A stretch of DNA of 64,000 nt from a bacterium. Lineage in GTDB: Bacteria; Desulfobacterota; JAPLJL01. Made by a program: the position numbers and the translations under genes. Positions 1 to 9,983 of this stretch are shown one piece after another. The notes beneath the pieces are model-generated. The model was not told where the DNA came from. It saw nothing but the letters and a program-made list of their open reading frames with translations, and made no database searches. Numbering within the stretch: position 1 is the stretch's first letter; each line of letters begins with the position of its first letter. Location of the stretch: the NCBI GenBank assembly GCA_028713675.1, contig JAQTNV010000010.1:12369-76368 (forward strand), written 5' to 3'.

Positions 1-51
1 CGGGGGAATCCAGTCTTTCCGCTCTGGATTCCCGCTTTCGCGGGAATGACA
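1..51. repeat. GAAA-loop hairpin repeat (GTCATTCC-YGC-GAAAGC-RGG-GAATCCAG; translates as WIPAFAGMT), extended form
   Basis: The sequence gggggaatccagtctttccgctctggattcccgctttcgcgggaatgac is nearly identical to 34921-34971. Confidence 0.7.
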
Positions 52-75
52 GCTCAAAAAAATCTAAAGCCGTTG

Positions 76-1344
76 CTATTTTCTTCCGGCTTTCTTTTTC
101 CGGACCGGTTTTCGGGAGGCGGCCTTTTTCGCGGCCTTCCCGGTTTTCTTGACCTTGTCCTTAACCTGTTTTCTGGCCTGGACCGGCTTCGGCTTGGCTT
201 CGTCCCGGCCGAGGACATAGACGATATTCGACTGGAGGCAGAAGCCGCTGGTCGCGTGCACCAGCCCCCGGCGGATATCCTTTTTAATCTGGTATTCCCC
301 CGCCTGCCCGGTGAGCTGGCGGGCCGCCTCGACCATCCGGAGCAGGCCGGCCACGAAAATGGGGTTCCCGCAGAGCGCCCCTCCCGAGGCGTTCACGGGA
401 TAAGCTCCGTCCAGGTTCGCGATTCCTTTCTCCACCAGCTTCCGCCCTTCCCCGGCCTCGGCCAGCCCCAGTCCCTCGCAAATCATCAGTTCGGAAAAGG
501 AGAACGGCTCGTAGACCTCGGCGAAATCGGTTTCCTTCCGCGGGTTCCTGATCCCGGCCTGGGCGTAAGCCATCCGGGCCGCCCGGGCCAGCGATTCCGG
601 CCGGGCCAGGTCCCGGTGCCCCAGGTAATAAAGGTCATGGTTGTAGCCGACCCCCTCGATCCAGACCGGATTGGGGGTGATTTTCCGGGCCAGATCGCCG
701 TTGGCCAGGATCAGGGCGCAGGCCGCTTCCGAACGCGGGGAAGCGTCGGCCAGTTTGATCGGGGAAGCCAGTACCGGCGATTTCAAAACCTCCGCTTCGC
801 TGATCGGGATCCGGACCTGGGTGTTGGGGTTTCTCACCCCGTTGGCCCGGTTTTTCACCACCACCTTGGCCGCCGGCCGCTCGTCCAGGTTATACCGGGA
901 AAGGTAACTGTTCGCCTGGAGGGCGAAGGCCGAGACCATCTCCACCCCCAGGGGGCGGAGCAGGAAGGGATCGGTCATCATCCAGGAATAAAACTGGGGA
1001 GGGGTGTCCACGCGTCCGTGAGCCACGATCAGCGCCGTCTTATGGTGGCCGGTGAGGAGCCGGAGGTAGGCGTAAAGGGCGGCATAGGCGCCGTCCTCCT
1101 CCACCTTGGATTCCTCCTTCATGAATCCCCCCATGGACTCGACCACGAAAACGTTGGAGATGCTGGCCCCGTCCATCGTGTCGCAGCTCGCGCTGATGAC
1201 CGTGTCGATGTCCCCGATGGAGAGCCCGCTTTTGTCCAGGGCCGCTTGCACGGTCCGGCCGATCATTTCGGTTTTGTGGATCCGTTCGTCCCGCTCCACG
1301 ATTGGGGATTGGGCCCAGCCGACAATCGCCGCTTTCCGTTCCAC
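76..1344 (-). CDS. Thiolase-like protein of the SCP-x / non-specific lipid-transfer type, with an unusual Lys/Ala/Pro-rich basic C-terminal tail
   Basis: The translation carries thiolase motifs (AAIVGWAQSPI near the N-terminus, NASGGALCGNPIFVAGL near the C-terminus). The likely start is a GTG at 1344, preceded by AGGAGG 6 nt upstream. The ORF track extends to 1530, but that stretch covers intergenic repeats. The C-terminal 40 aa read KPKPVQARKQVKDKVKKTGKAAKKAASRKPVRKKKAGRK. Confidence 0.75.
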   Translation of the reverse strand: MERKAAIVGWAQSPIVERDERIHKTEMIGRTVQAALDKSGLSIGDIDTVISASCDTMDGASISNVFVVESMGGFMKEESKVEEDGAYAALYAYLRLLTGHHKTALIVAHGRVDTPPQFYSWMMTDPFLLRPLGVEMVSAFALQANSYLSRYNLDERPAAKVVVKNRANGVRNPNTQVRIPISEAEVLKSPVLASPIKLADASPRSEAACALILANGDLARKITPNPVWIEGVGYNHDLYYLGHRDLARPESLARAARMAYAQAGIRNPRKETDFAEVYEPFSFSELMICEGLGLAEAGEGRKLVEKGIANLDGAYPVNASGGALCGNPIFVAGLLRMVEAARQLTGQAGEYQIKKDIRRGLVHATSGFCLQSNIVYVLGRDEAKPKPVQARKQVKDKVKKTGKAAKKAASRKPVRKKKAGRK

Positions 1345-1613
1345 CTGCTTCCTCCTTCTGATAAAGCCTTGATATAAATGTTTGGAGTTGGGTGATAGGT
1401 GTTGGGTGCTGGGTAATAAAACTAAAATGCCACCCGAACTTATACCCCGAACTCTAAAAATTTCCTTCTCAGTTCCCTGCTCCGGGCCCTTTGCCTTCGG
1501 CTCCGACTGGGCAGGACGCCTGGATTCCAACCACCCAGCTACCCAACCACCGCGCAGCCAGGCTGCGGCTATCGTTTTGCCCTATGCCCTCTGCCCTATG
1601 CTCTATACTCTTT

Positions 1614-2762
1614 TTAGTACGTGCTGATGATATCCCGGGCGATGATCATGCGCTGGATCTCGCTCGCTCCTTCGCCGATCTCGCCGAGCTTGGCGTCGCG
1701 ATAGAGCCGCTCCACCTTGTATTCCTTCATATAGCCGTAGCCGCCGTGGATCTGGACCGCGTCCGAGGCGATCCGGGTACAGGTCTCGGAGGCGTAAAGC
1801 TTGGCCACCGAGGCCAGGGTGCTGTCGGGCGTGCCCTGGTCAAGCTTCCAGGCCGCCTCGTGAATAACCAGCCGGGCACCGTCCGTGGCCACCTTCATCT
1901 CGGCGATCTTGAAGTGGATCTCCTGGAAACTGGCGAGGGTCTTGCCGAAAGCCTGCCGCTCGGTCGCGTATTTGATCGACTCCTCCAGGCAGGCCTCCGC
2001 TATCCCCAGCGAAAACACCGCCATCCCGATCCGGGCCGGGACCAGGCACTGCATGCACTGGATGAAACCGCCGCCCTCGCTGCCGACCAGGTTGGCGGCC
2101 GGGATCTCGCAGTCCTCGAAAATGAGCTCGGAGGTGGGGCTCCCGCGGACCCCCAGCTTGTCCAGGGGCTTGCCCACGGAAAAGCCCTTGGTCCCCTTCT
2201 CCACCACGAAGCAGGAGATGCCCGAATAGCCCTTGCTGGGATCGGTCTTGGCGTAGATAATCGCGATGTCCGCGATCGGCCCGTTGGTAATGAACATCTT
2301 GGTGCCGTTCAAAACATACTTGTCGCCCTTCCGGATCGCCTTGGTCTTGAGGGACTGGACGTCAGACCCGGCATGGGGCTCAGTCATCGCCATGCACCCG
2401 AACTTGGTTCCCTTGATCAGATCGGGGAGATATTTTTTCTTCTGGGCGTCGGTGCCGAAAATCAGGATCGGGATCCCGGCCAAGCCGACGCTCGCCCCCG
2501 AGGAAAGGTAGGTGGCCGCGCAGGCCTTGGAGAGCTCCTCGCCGGCGACGGAGGTGGTCACGCAGCCCAGGTTGGTCCCGCCGAACTCCTTGGGCATCCC
2601 CATCCCCATGTAGCCGTACTTGCCCAGGGCCTTGATGTTATCGGTGCAGAAGATCATCTCCCGGTCGAGCTTCTCGGCCTTGGGCGCGATCTCCTTTTCG
2701 CAGAAATCCCGAAAACTTCTTTGAATCTCTATCTGTTCCGGAGTGTATGTATAGTCAAACAT
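1614..2762 (-). CDS. Acyl-CoA dehydrogenase
   Basis: 382 aa. ACAD family hallmarks are present: [19 protein letters not shown], a C-terminal QIHGGYGY, and [17 protein letters not shown]. Confidence 0.9.
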   Translation of the reverse strand: MFDYTYTPEQIEIQRSFRDFCEKEIAPKAEKLDREMIFCTDNIKALGKYGYMGMGMPKEFGGTNLGCVTTSVAGEELSKACAATYLSSGASVGLAGIPILIFGTDAQKKKYLPDLIKGTKFGCMAMTEPHAGSDVQSLKTKAIRKGDKYVLNGTKMFITNGPIADIAIIYAKTDPSKGYSGISCFVVEKGTKGFSVGKPLDKLGVRGSPTSELIFEDCEIPAANLVGSEGGGFIQCMQCLVPARIGMAVFSLGIAEACLEESIKYATERQAFGKTLASFQEIHFKIAEMKVATDGARLVIHEAAWKLDQGTPDSTLASVAKLYASETCTRIASDAVQIHGGYGYMKEYKVERLYRDAKLGEIGEGASEIQRMIIARDIISTY

Positions 2763-2789
2763 GTTTCCTCCCTTTTCTTTCCTGCCGTC

Positions 2790-3953
2790 CTAAGAGCCGA
2801 AGCTCATCAGGGTGCGGGCGATGATGGATTTCTGGATCTCGGAGGTTCCGCCGCCGATGGTCGCGATCCGGGAATCCCGGAAGCCCCGCTCCACCGGGTA
2901 CTCCTTGATGTAACCGTAGCCGCCGTGGATCTGGATCGCGAGGTAAGCGGTCTTAATCGCCGCTTCCGAAACGAAGTACTTGCCGATGGCGGCCTGCTGC
3001 ATCGCCTCGAGCTCCCGGCCCTGGTCGATCATCCAGGCCGTCCGGTAGACCAGGTTCTTGCCCACCTCGTAGAATATCTTCAGGTCCACCAGCATGTGCT
3101 GGATGGCCTGGAAATCCGAAATCGGGCGCTTGAACTGGACCCGGGTCTTGGCGTACTTGGTGCACTTGTCCAGGGCCCCTTCCATCCCGCCCACCGCCGG
3201 GGCCAGGAGGCAGGAGCGCTCCCAGGCCAGGATGGTCCGGGCCACGTTCACGAAGCCCATGTCCAGCTCATCCAGAAGGTTCTCCTCCGGGACCTCGCAG
3301 TCCTCAAAGAAAAGCTCCGAGGTGGGGGAGGTCCGCTGGCCGAGCTTGTTCATGTGCTTGCCGGCGGAAAAACCCTTGGAATCGCTTTCCACGATGAAGG
3401 TCGAGACCCCGAACGTCTTTTTCTCCGGGGAAGTGACCGCGATGACAATGAACTGGTGCCCGTAGGGCCCGTTGGTAATAAAGGTCTTGGAGCCGTTCAG
3501 GATGTACTTGTTGCCCTTCTTGACCGCCCGGGTCTGGACATGGGTGGCGTCGCTCCCGGCGTTGGGCTCGGTCATCCCCATCCCGCCGATCCATTCGCCG
3601 GAGCAGATCTTGGGGAGGAATTTTTTCCGCTGTTCCTCGGTCCCGCGGCGCCAGATCGGCACCCCGCAAAGGATGGTGTGGGCTCCCCAGGTCATGGTCG
3701 TCCCCCCGTCCGCCCCGCCGCGGCCCAGGGCCACGCCGGCGACGCAGGTGGTCAGGGCGCCCAGCCCCTGCCCGCCGTACTGGGTCGGGAAGGGCATCCC
3801 CAGGATCCCCATCTGGCCCAGCTTCTTCCAAAGCGCCTGGTCGAACTCCTGCTTCTCGTCCCGCTCCAGAGCGGTCGGGAGCATCTCCTTCTCGGCAAAA
3901 GACCGGAGCTGCTCGTAAATCATTTTTTGTTCATCGGTCAAGGTAAATTCCAT
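2790..3953 (-). CDS. Acyl-CoA dehydrogenase (second paralog, in tandem with the first)
   Basis: 387 aa. ACAD motifs are present: [23 protein letters not shown], and TIGGGTSEIQK. Confidence 0.9.
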   Translation of the reverse strand: MEFTLTDEQKMIYEQLRSFAEKEMLPTALERDEKQEFDQALWKKLGQMGILGMPFPTQYGGQGLGALTTCVAGVALGRGGADGGTTMTWGAHTILCGVPIWRRGTEEQRKKFLPKICSGEWIGGMGMTEPNAGSDATHVQTRAVKKGNKYILNGSKTFITNGPYGHQFIVIAVTSPEKKTFGVSTFIVESDSKGFSAGKHMNKLGQRTSPTSELFFEDCEVPEENLLDELDMGFVNVARTILAWERSCLLAPAVGGMEGALDKCTKYAKTRVQFKRPISDFQAIQHMLVDLKIFYEVGKNLVYRTAWMIDQGRELEAMQQAAIGKYFVSEAAIKTAYLAIQIHGGYGYIKEYPVERGFRDSRIATIGGGTSEIQKSIIARTLMSFGS

Positions 3954-4235
3954 TGGGTCCCTCCCGGGTAAAAGTTAAGCGATTTATTTATCTATATATA
4001 ATGGAGATCTTATATACCGCCGCCTCCGATACTGTCAAGGACAAAAACATAGTATTGGCTATTATCAGTCAAAATCATAATTTATCTGTCGAAGGGCTCA
4101 ATTCAAAACCAAAAAATGACAGGTATTAAATTAATCATCCATTTAAATATCTTTGGCTCTTGTCTTAACCTTTTCTCGCTTTTTAACTTTTCTCGCCATT
4201 TCCTATAATTGACCAAATTCCTCTCGGAATTCATA

Positions 4236-6659
4236 ATGAATCAGATGCCCAAAAAATTACACCGGCTCGCGTTTTTCCTGATTTTCCTCCTGTCCTGTTC
4301 CCGGGACGGGGTCTTGACCTTGACCACTCCCGTCCCCCTGAATGAATCCATCCCCGGGGATGAAATCCGTTTCGGAAAAATCATTTCGGATTCGGAACTG
4401 GTCCCCGGTCCCGGGGCCACCGGCTGGTTCGGTGATTTCAAGCTTTACAATTCCCGGGTCGGTTTCATCCTCCAGGGCAACCTGACCCCCCCCGACCGGC
4501 GCCTGCTTCCCGGAACCATTATCGACGCGGGCTGGGCCGAACCGGGGGCGCTTCCCTCCGGAGATCTTCTCTTCGGCCTTACCCCCTGGCTCGAGGATTC
4601 ACCGGCGCGCGTGGGAAAAATCGAATTCCAGGATGGGGCGGGTCAGGGCCGGGCCACGGTTACCGGAAGGCTGGAACCGCAAAATCTTGATTACCAGGCC
4701 ACTTATGCCCTTTACCCCGGCGATGACCCGCGGGGCCGGGGCCTTCTAATCAAAACCACCATCTCGAACCCCGGCTCTTCCCCCCAGACCGTCAATCCGG
4801 GAGACTGGATTTCGTTCGGGGGAAAACTCGGCCTGCAGGTTCTGGATTTTCCCGGCGGGCACAAACTTCTGGCCGCGATCGGGCCGCGAATATCCTATCT
4901 TTATGTACCTACCGGGCTGGACATCAGCTCCCTGGAAATGACCCCGGGCGGGGCCGGGATCCATTTCCCGGAAACAACCCTGGCCCCCGGGGAATCCTGG
5001 ACCGGCACCCGCTGGCTTCTGATCAGCCGCCATGGGCTTCTGGAAGCGAATCCCATCCTTCCCAACCTCCTCGGTTTCTCCCCGGGAACCCTGCGGGTCC
5101 TGATCCCGAACGTGCAGGCGCAGGAAGATCTTTCCGTGAAAATATTCAGCCCCCCGGATGTTCTGAATGGCATCTGGGCTCCCGACCAGGAGGGAAATCT
5201 TTCGGCCCAGGTTCCGGCCGGTTCCTACCGGGTTAAAATCGAAAGCCCGGGCCTGGAGGATTATTATTTCCCGTCTCCTGTTACCGTCTCCGCCGGCGCC
5301 GAAAAATCGATCACGGTCACGCTCCCGGAGCCTTCCCGGGCGCGGTTCCAGATCTGGGAGGAAAACAACGGCGGCTATGCCACCGGCCCTTCCCCCGCGA
5401 AATTATGTTTCCAGAACCTGCGCCGGCCGGAAATCGTCGTGCGCGCCGTCACCGCGACCGGTTCGGGCGAAACCCTTCTGCCGCCGGGGATTTACGAGGT
5501 TTCCGCGAGCCGGGGGACGGAATACTCCCTGAAGCGGTTCCGATTTGGGCTCCAGCCGGGGGAAACCTTTGCCTTTCACGCTGCCCTCAGGAAGGTTCTG
5601 AATAACGATGGCTACTACTCCTTCGACCCCCGCCAGCGCACCGGCCGCTCCGCCCAGGGCAATCTGGGCCGCGAGGACTGGCTGAAAGACAACCTGGCGG
5701 AGGGCCTTTCCCTCTTGACCCCGGTTGATATCAACGCCGTCACCCAGATCTCTTCCTCCGATTTCCTTCCGGGTTATTCCGCTTCGGCCTCTTCCCTGAC
5801 CGGCCTGGAGATCCTCCCGGAAACCGGGCCTCCGTTTCTGCTCTTCCCCGCCGTTTTCGACCGTCTCTCCGGCTGGGGCGGGGCTCCCCTGGCGGACGAT
5901 CCGGAAACCATCTGGGAGATTTACCCGGCTTACTCCCGGCCCCGTCTCCTGGGGGCCACTCCCGAGTCCCTGGCATACCTGGTTCCTTCCTCCGATCCCG
6001 TCACCGCGCCGGTCCGGTTGGAATTCCCTCTCGATTTCGTCGAGATTTCCGATGCCGCGCCTGACCTCAACCGCTGGTTCGCCCTGCTCAATTCAGGATA
6101 CCTGGTCACCGCCGTCGGCGGATCCGGAGCTGGCAGTGTCGAAGAAGGGATCGGATTCCCCCGGACATTGATCCCCCGGGAAACCGGCTCATCCGATCCG
6201 GAAACCGATCTGGTGAACGCGATCAGGACCCGGAAGGCCCTGGTCTCGGCCGGGCCGCGCCTCCGGATGCGGGCGGATTATTACGGCTTCGATTCCGCCG
6301 CCTTTATTTCCGACACCAGCGGCGATATCGATCTTGAGATCGAGCTGGAAAGCCCGGTCTGGACCCCGGTTTCCGAGCTGATCATCTTCGGCAACGGGCA
6401 GCCCCTGCAAACCATCCCCGTGGATTTTTCCGCCGCTGTCAGCTTGGGAGGCCATCGTTTCTCCCAGCATTACTACCTCAACCTGCCGCTCGCAAAGGAC
6501 ACCTGGTTTGTCGCCCTGGTCCGGGGACAGGATTCGCTCGCGCCCGTTTACCCCGGTCATCCTTTCGCTTTCACCAACCCGATTTGGGTGGACGCTGACG
6601 GGGTGGACCGGGACGGCGACGGGCGTCTTTTCGACGCCCTGAACTCTCCTCTCCCATAG
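4236..6659 (+). CDS. Large hypothetical lipoprotein (about 808 aa) containing carboxypeptidase-regulatory-like beta-sandwich segments
   Basis: Signal peptide with lipobox (MNQMPKKLHRLAFFLIFLLSCS). No recognisable catalytic motif. The ORF track starts at a TTG at 4209. An ATG at 4236 or 4245 is more plausible as the start. Confidence 0.6.
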   Translation: MNQMPKKLHRLAFFLIFLLSCSRDGVLTLTTPVPLNESIPGDEIRFGKIISDSELVPGPGATGWFGDFKLYNSRVGFILQGNLTPPDRRLLPGTIIDAGWAEPGALPSGDLLFGLTPWLEDSPARVGKIEFQDGAGQGRATVTGRLEPQNLDYQATYALYPGDDPRGRGLLIKTTISNPGSSPQTVNPGDWISFGGKLGLQVLDFPGGHKLLAAIGPRISYLYVPTGLDISSLEMTPGGAGIHFPETTLAPGESWTGTRWLLISRHGLLEANPILPNLLGFSPGTLRVLIPNVQAQEDLSVKIFSPPDVLNGIWAPDQEGNLSAQVPAGSYRVKIESPGLEDYYFPSPVTVSAGAEKSITVTLPEPSRARFQIWEENNGGYATGPSPAKLCFQNLRRPEIVVRAVTATGSGETLLPPGIYEVSASRGTEYSLKRFRFGLQPGETFAFHAALRKVLNNDGYYSFDPRQRTGRSAQGNLGREDWLKDNLAEGLSLLTPVDINAVTQISSSDFLPGYSASASSLTGLEILPETGPPFLLFPAVFDRLSGWGGAPLADDPETIWEIYPAYSRPRLLGATPESLAYLVPSSDPVTAPVRLEFPLDFVEISDAAPDLNRWFALLNSGYLVTAVGGSGAGSVEEGIGFPRTLIPRETGSSDPETDLVNAIRTRKALVSAGPRLRMRADYYGFDSAAFISDTSGDIDLEIELESPVWTPVSELIIFGNGQPLQTIPVDFSAAVSLGGHRFSQHYYLNLPLAKDTWFVALVRGQDSLAPVYPGHPFAFTNPIWVDADGVDRDGDGRLFDALNSPLP

Positions 6660-6700
6660 ATCATTCATTCCTCATTTTTGTCATCCCTGTTTCTTTTTTT

Positions 6701-6727
6701 GTCATCCCTGCGAAAGCAGGGATCCAG
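6701..6727. repeat. GAAA-loop hairpin repeat (variant gtcatccctgcgaaagcagggatccag)
   Basis: Preceded by a direct tttgtcatccctg duplication and followed by a G-rich hairpin cluster. Confidence 0.65.
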
Positions 6728-6734
6728 AACAATT

Positions 6735-6865
6735 TTTTCAAGATTCCCGCATCCCTCCCCTCCGGCCTGTAGGCCCTACGGGCTGGAAGCGGGGCAGTAG
6801 GCCCTGCCGGGCCGGAGGCCACATCCTCCCCCTCCCCGCCTTTGACGGAGCAAGCTAAGGGGGAG
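6735..6865. repeat. G/C-rich CCCTCC/GGGAGG nested hairpin cluster; similar clusters lie at 17366-17475, 24345-24455 and 46530-46590
   Basis: The motifs ccctcccctcc ... gggggaggg recur in four intergenic regions. Two of them adjoin GAATGAC-ended elements. Confidence 0.55.
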
Positions 6866-6969
6866 GGAGTAATTAATGCGTTTCTTGCCTCTCTCGCTCT
6901 CTCGCTCTCTCGCTCGTCTCGCCTTTCTATTTGCATCGGTACGATGGACTCTGATATTAGTTGATAATC

Positions 6970-8205
6970 ATGTCCTCATCCGATTACCCCGTTGTGATCG
7001 TCGGGGCCGGCCCGGCCGGCTCGGCCGCCGCCCTCACCCTGGCCCGGAAGGGCCTCCGTCCCCTGCTGGCGGAGCGCTTCACCTTCCCCCGCGAGAAGGT
7101 CTGCGGAGACGGGCTTACATTCCGCTCGCTTTCCATTCTGAAAGAGCTGAATCTTTATGACCGGATTTCCTCCTGTCCCTCCGCCCTTCCGGTTAAAGAA
7201 GCCCGGGCGGTCACGGCAGAGAAAACTGTCTTCGCCGGTCCGATCCCCACTCTCCCGGACGGGTCGGTCGGTTTTATCTCCATCCCCCGGCGCGAGCTCG
7301 ATCAGATTCTCGCCCGGGCCGCGTCCGAGGCCGGAGCGGAGCTTGCGGAAAATTTCTCAGTCTCGGCCGTTCGAAGAAACGGCGGGACCATGGAAGTGAC
7401 CGGAAATCATAAAGGCCGGGAGAAAACCATCAGAACCAACCTGGTCATCGGCGCGGACGGGGCCCAGTCTATCGTCTCCCGGCAGGCCGGGCTTTACCGC
7501 CTTCGGCCCCGTTTCTGCGAGGTGTCCATCAGAGCTTATTTCACCGATCTGGATGAACCGGTCAGATGGCTGGAGCTTTATTACGATAAAAGGGTCATCC
7601 CCGGCTTCGCCTGGCTCTTTCCCCTGGCGGGCGGCATCGCGAACATCGGGATCGGGATCCGGATGGACCATCTGAAAAACCGGTCCCTGAAAAACCTTTA
7701 CCGGGAATTCATCTCCGATTACCCGCCGCTGAAGAAAAGACTGAAAAAAGCAAAAATGCTCGATCATCCCCGGGGGACCCTGATCCCCGGCTACGGACAG
7801 TCGGGAAAAATATTTTCAGACGGCGTCCTGCTCGCGGGTGATGCCGCCTCCCTGTCCGACCCCCTGGTGGGCGAAGGAGTCGGCGAGGCCCTCTTAAGCG
7901 GGGTCGCGGCCGGGGAGACCGCGGCCCGGGCCGTTTCGGCCGGCGATTTTTCCGGGTCTTTCCTCAGGCAGTATCAAAAAGAAATCCGCCGGCGCCTGAA
8001 TCCAGACTTCCGGTTCGCCCCCCTTTTCCAGAACTGGCCCCAGATCCACAAGGCCGCGGCCGCCATGATGCTCCGCGCGGAAAGGGACCCGGATTTCGGC
8101 CGGATCATGATCGGCATGGCTTCCGGGGCCATTTCCAAACGCGAAATCGCCCGGTGGGATTTCCTGGCCCCGACGGTGATGGGATATTGGGGAAGAAAGA
8201 AATAG
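6970..8205 (+). CDS. FAD-dependent oxidoreductase of the geranylgeranyl reductase family
   Basis: N-terminal dinucleotide fold (YPVVIVGAGPAGSAAALTLARKGL), KVCGDGL, and a GDAASLSDPLVGEGVGEA motif typical of GGR / FixC-like flavoproteins. Confidence 0.75.
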   Translation: MSSSDYPVVIVGAGPAGSAAALTLARKGLRPLLAERFTFPREKVCGDGLTFRSLSILKELNLYDRISSCPSALPVKEARAVTAEKTVFAGPIPTLPDGSVGFISIPRRELDQILARAASEAGAELAENFSVSAVRRNGGTMEVTGNHKGREKTIRTNLVIGADGAQSIVSRQAGLYRLRPRFCEVSIRAYFTDLDEPVRWLELYYDKRVIPGFAWLFPLAGGIANIGIGIRMDHLKNRSLKNLYREFISDYPPLKKRLKKAKMLDHPRGTLIPGYGQSGKIFSDGVLLAGDAASLSDPLVGEGVGEALLSGVAAGETAARAVSAGDFSGSFLRQYQKEIRRRLNPDFRFAPLFQNWPQIHKAAAAMMLRAERDPDFGRIMIGMASGAISKREIARWDFLAPTVMGYWGRKK

Positions 8206-8342
8206 TCCGAGATCCTAAGTCGATCTCGTCATTGCGAGTGAGTTTTGCGAGCGAAGCAATCCCGGAAATTTAGATTGCTTCGTCATCCCGTTTTTGACGG
8301 GATTCCTCGCAATGACATTTTGTAACTTCCAATCAAAATTCT

Positions 8343-8379
8343 AAAAACAAAACGGGCCGGTTCCGCCTGGAACCGGCCC
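8343..8379 (-). terminator. Rho-independent terminator (for parA)
   Basis: Hairpin gggccggttcc-gcct-ggaaccggccc, followed on the minus strand by a T-run (gttttgttttt). Confidence 0.6.
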
Positions 8380-8465
8380 GTGATTAATAGAATTATCCTT
8401 CGCTTTTCGTTAGCCCTTTTCCTTTTTTACCCTATCTCCCATCTCCAATCTTCTATCTCCCGGGA

Positions 8466-8490
8466 GCGCAGGCTGAAGCCTGCGGCTACC
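8466..8490 (-). repeat. REP palindrome (GGTAGCCGCAGGCTTCAGCCTGCGC family)
   Basis: The sequence gcgcaggctgaagcctgcggctacc has an 8-bp stem, a 2-nt loop and a terminal CTACC (GTAG on the other strand). Confidence 0.7.
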
Positions 8491-8491
8491 A

Positions 8492-9259
8492 CTATTTCTT
8501 CCGATAGATTTCTTCCGCCAGGCTCCCGATCATCAGCGCGCCCTTGGATGCGGGGTCGAACTCCCAGATCGTCTGGCCGTGGCTCTGGGCCTCATCGATC
8601 TTCACGCTATAGCCGATGACGGTCTTGGCCACCCGCTCCTTGAAATGCTCCTTGAGCTTCCCGTGGATGGCTTCGGCGAGCAGGGTGTTGCGCCAAAAGG
8701 TAGCCACGAACATCGAAATCTGGAGATTGTCAGTAAGCGGGGAGAGGCGCGAGCGCACCAGGTCCACGGTCTCCACGATCTCGGCGCAGCCGTCCAGGGA
8801 AAGGTAGGTCAGCGCCACCGGCACGATCACCTCGTCGCAAGCGACCAGGGCGTTCAGGGTAAAAAGTCCCATGGAGGGAGGTGAATCAATGATCACGTAA
8901 TCGAATCCGCGCAGTTCCTTGAGGCGGTTTCTGAGGAGAAGGTTCCGGTCCGGGAGCGTGGCGGCGGTGATGAAGAAATCCGCGAGGTTCTTGTTGGCGG
9001 CGATGATCTTTAAATTTTCGATCTTGGTCGGGAGGATCGCTTCTTTCAGGGGCAGATCGGGCTTGGTCATGAGCTCGAGAATCGTCACCGGCTGTTCCCG
9101 CACATTTATCCCCAGGGACTTCCCCACCTGTCCTTGCGGGTCCAGGTCAATGAGCAGCACCTGTTTTTTCTTCTTCAGCGCCAGGTAGGAGCCGACATTG
9201 ACGACCAGGGTGGTTTTCCCGGTGCCGCCCTTCTCGTTCACGAAAGCAATCTTGCGCAA
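8492..9259 (-). CDS. ParA/Soj-family ATPase (orphan; no parB in the window)
   Basis: Deviant Walker A motif KIAFVNEKGGTGKTT. Likely TTG start at 9259 with a GGGGG RBS. The ORF track extends to 9304. Confidence 0.8.
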   Translation of the reverse strand: MRKIAFVNEKGGTGKTTLVVNVGSYLALKKKKQVLLIDLDPQGQVGKSLGINVREQPVTILELMTKPDLPLKEAILPTKIENLKIIAANKNLADFFITAATLPDRNLLLRNRLKELRGFDYVIIDSPPSMGLFTLNALVACDEVIVPVALTYLSLDGCAEIVETVDLVRSRLSPLTDNLQISMFVATFWRNTLLAEAIHGKLKEHFKERVAKTVIGYSVKIDEAQSHGQTIWEFDPASKGALMIGSLAEEIYRKK

Positions 9260-9513
9260 CTTAAACAACCCCCTTTTCAGAGTGATGAGACTGATTTTCC
9301 TCAATCTTAAAACAAATCACAAGTATTCAAAAGCTCAAAGGTCAAAGCTGAAAGTTCAAAGGTTAAAGCTCAACGCTCAACGGTTGAAATCTTTATTTCG
9401 GAAGCATAAAGTAAAGATATCCATTCAAGTAAAAAGTAAGAAGTGTTAACCGGAAAAACTAAATAAACCAAAGAAATCAGAAAAACTTATATTCATAAAG
9501 GAAGGAGAAAAAA

Positions 9514-9765
9514 ATGGCGGAGGAAAAAATCGGGGATGTGGAAAAATTCTTCGGCAAGATCTCGGTCGCGATGATCAAGCTCTCGGCCCCTCTCAAGGTG
9601 GGCGACACGATCAAGTTCAAGGGTCACACCACCGATGTCACCCAGACGGTTGACTCGATGCAGATGGCGAACCAAGCCATCCCGGAGGCCAAGGCGGGCG
9701 ACGACGTCGGGCTCAAGACCAAAGACAAGGTCCGGCCCGGGGACACGGTGTATAAAGTAACGTAG
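9514..9765 (+). CDS. Small EF-Tu domain-2-like beta-barrel protein (translation-elongation-factor-like protein, 83 aa)
   Basis: Strong RBS ggaaggag upstream. The GDTIKFKGHTTDVTQTV...GDDVGLK...GDTVY pattern resembles domain 2 of EF-Tu/SelB. Transcribed divergently from parA. Confidence 0.55.
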   Translation: MAEEKIGDVEKFFGKISVAMIKLSAPLKVGDTIKFKGHTTDVTQTVDSMQMANQAIPEAKAGDDVGLKTKDKVRPGDTVYKVT

Positions 9766-9918
9766 ACCGTAGGCGGTAGACGGCATACCGGGGAAAGCCA
9801 GAAGCCCTTTCTCGCGCCTTACGCCTTACCCCTCACGCCTTATGTGTGGTTTCGTTGGGCTTGAGAAAAGAAGCCCCTGCCGATTAAATTTTCTCATATA
9901 ATTCATTCGTTATCATTT

Positions 9919-9983
9919 GTCATTCCTGCGAAAGCAGGAATCCAGGAAAAATATCTGGATCCCGCATCAAGTGCGGGATGACG
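9919..9983. repeat. GAAA-loop hairpin repeat plus an adjacent inverted partner (ctggatcccgcatcaagtgcgggatgacg)
   Basis: The sequence gtcattcctgcgaaagcaggaatccag is followed by a second hairpin that ends in gatgacg. Confidence 0.65.

Noticed and set aside
1345-1530. N-terminal extension of the thiolase ORF to the ATG at 1530
   Set aside because: The extension overlaps intergenic repeat motifs and lacks the thiolase fold. A GTG at 1344 with an AGGAGG RBS gives the canonical thiolase N-terminus.
1491-3971. 826-aa plus-strand ORF spanning both acyl-CoA dehydrogenase genes; similar long antisense ORFs at 14866..16338 (opposite mutS2), 59773..61332 (opposite the hydrogenase large subunit), 36630..37979 and 40136..41365
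   Set aside because: High-GC DNA yields long stop-free antisense frames. Their translations are low-complexity (Gly/Pro/Arg/Asp-rich) with no motifs, while the opposite strand encodes well-conserved enzymes.
6661-6936. ORFs whose translations contain WIPAFAGMT (6661..6936, 27363..27623, C-terminus of 36630..37979)
   Set aside because: The peptide is produced by translating the dispersed GAAA-loop hairpin repeat (ctggattcccgctttcgcgggaatgac). These are repeat-derived artefacts, not genes.
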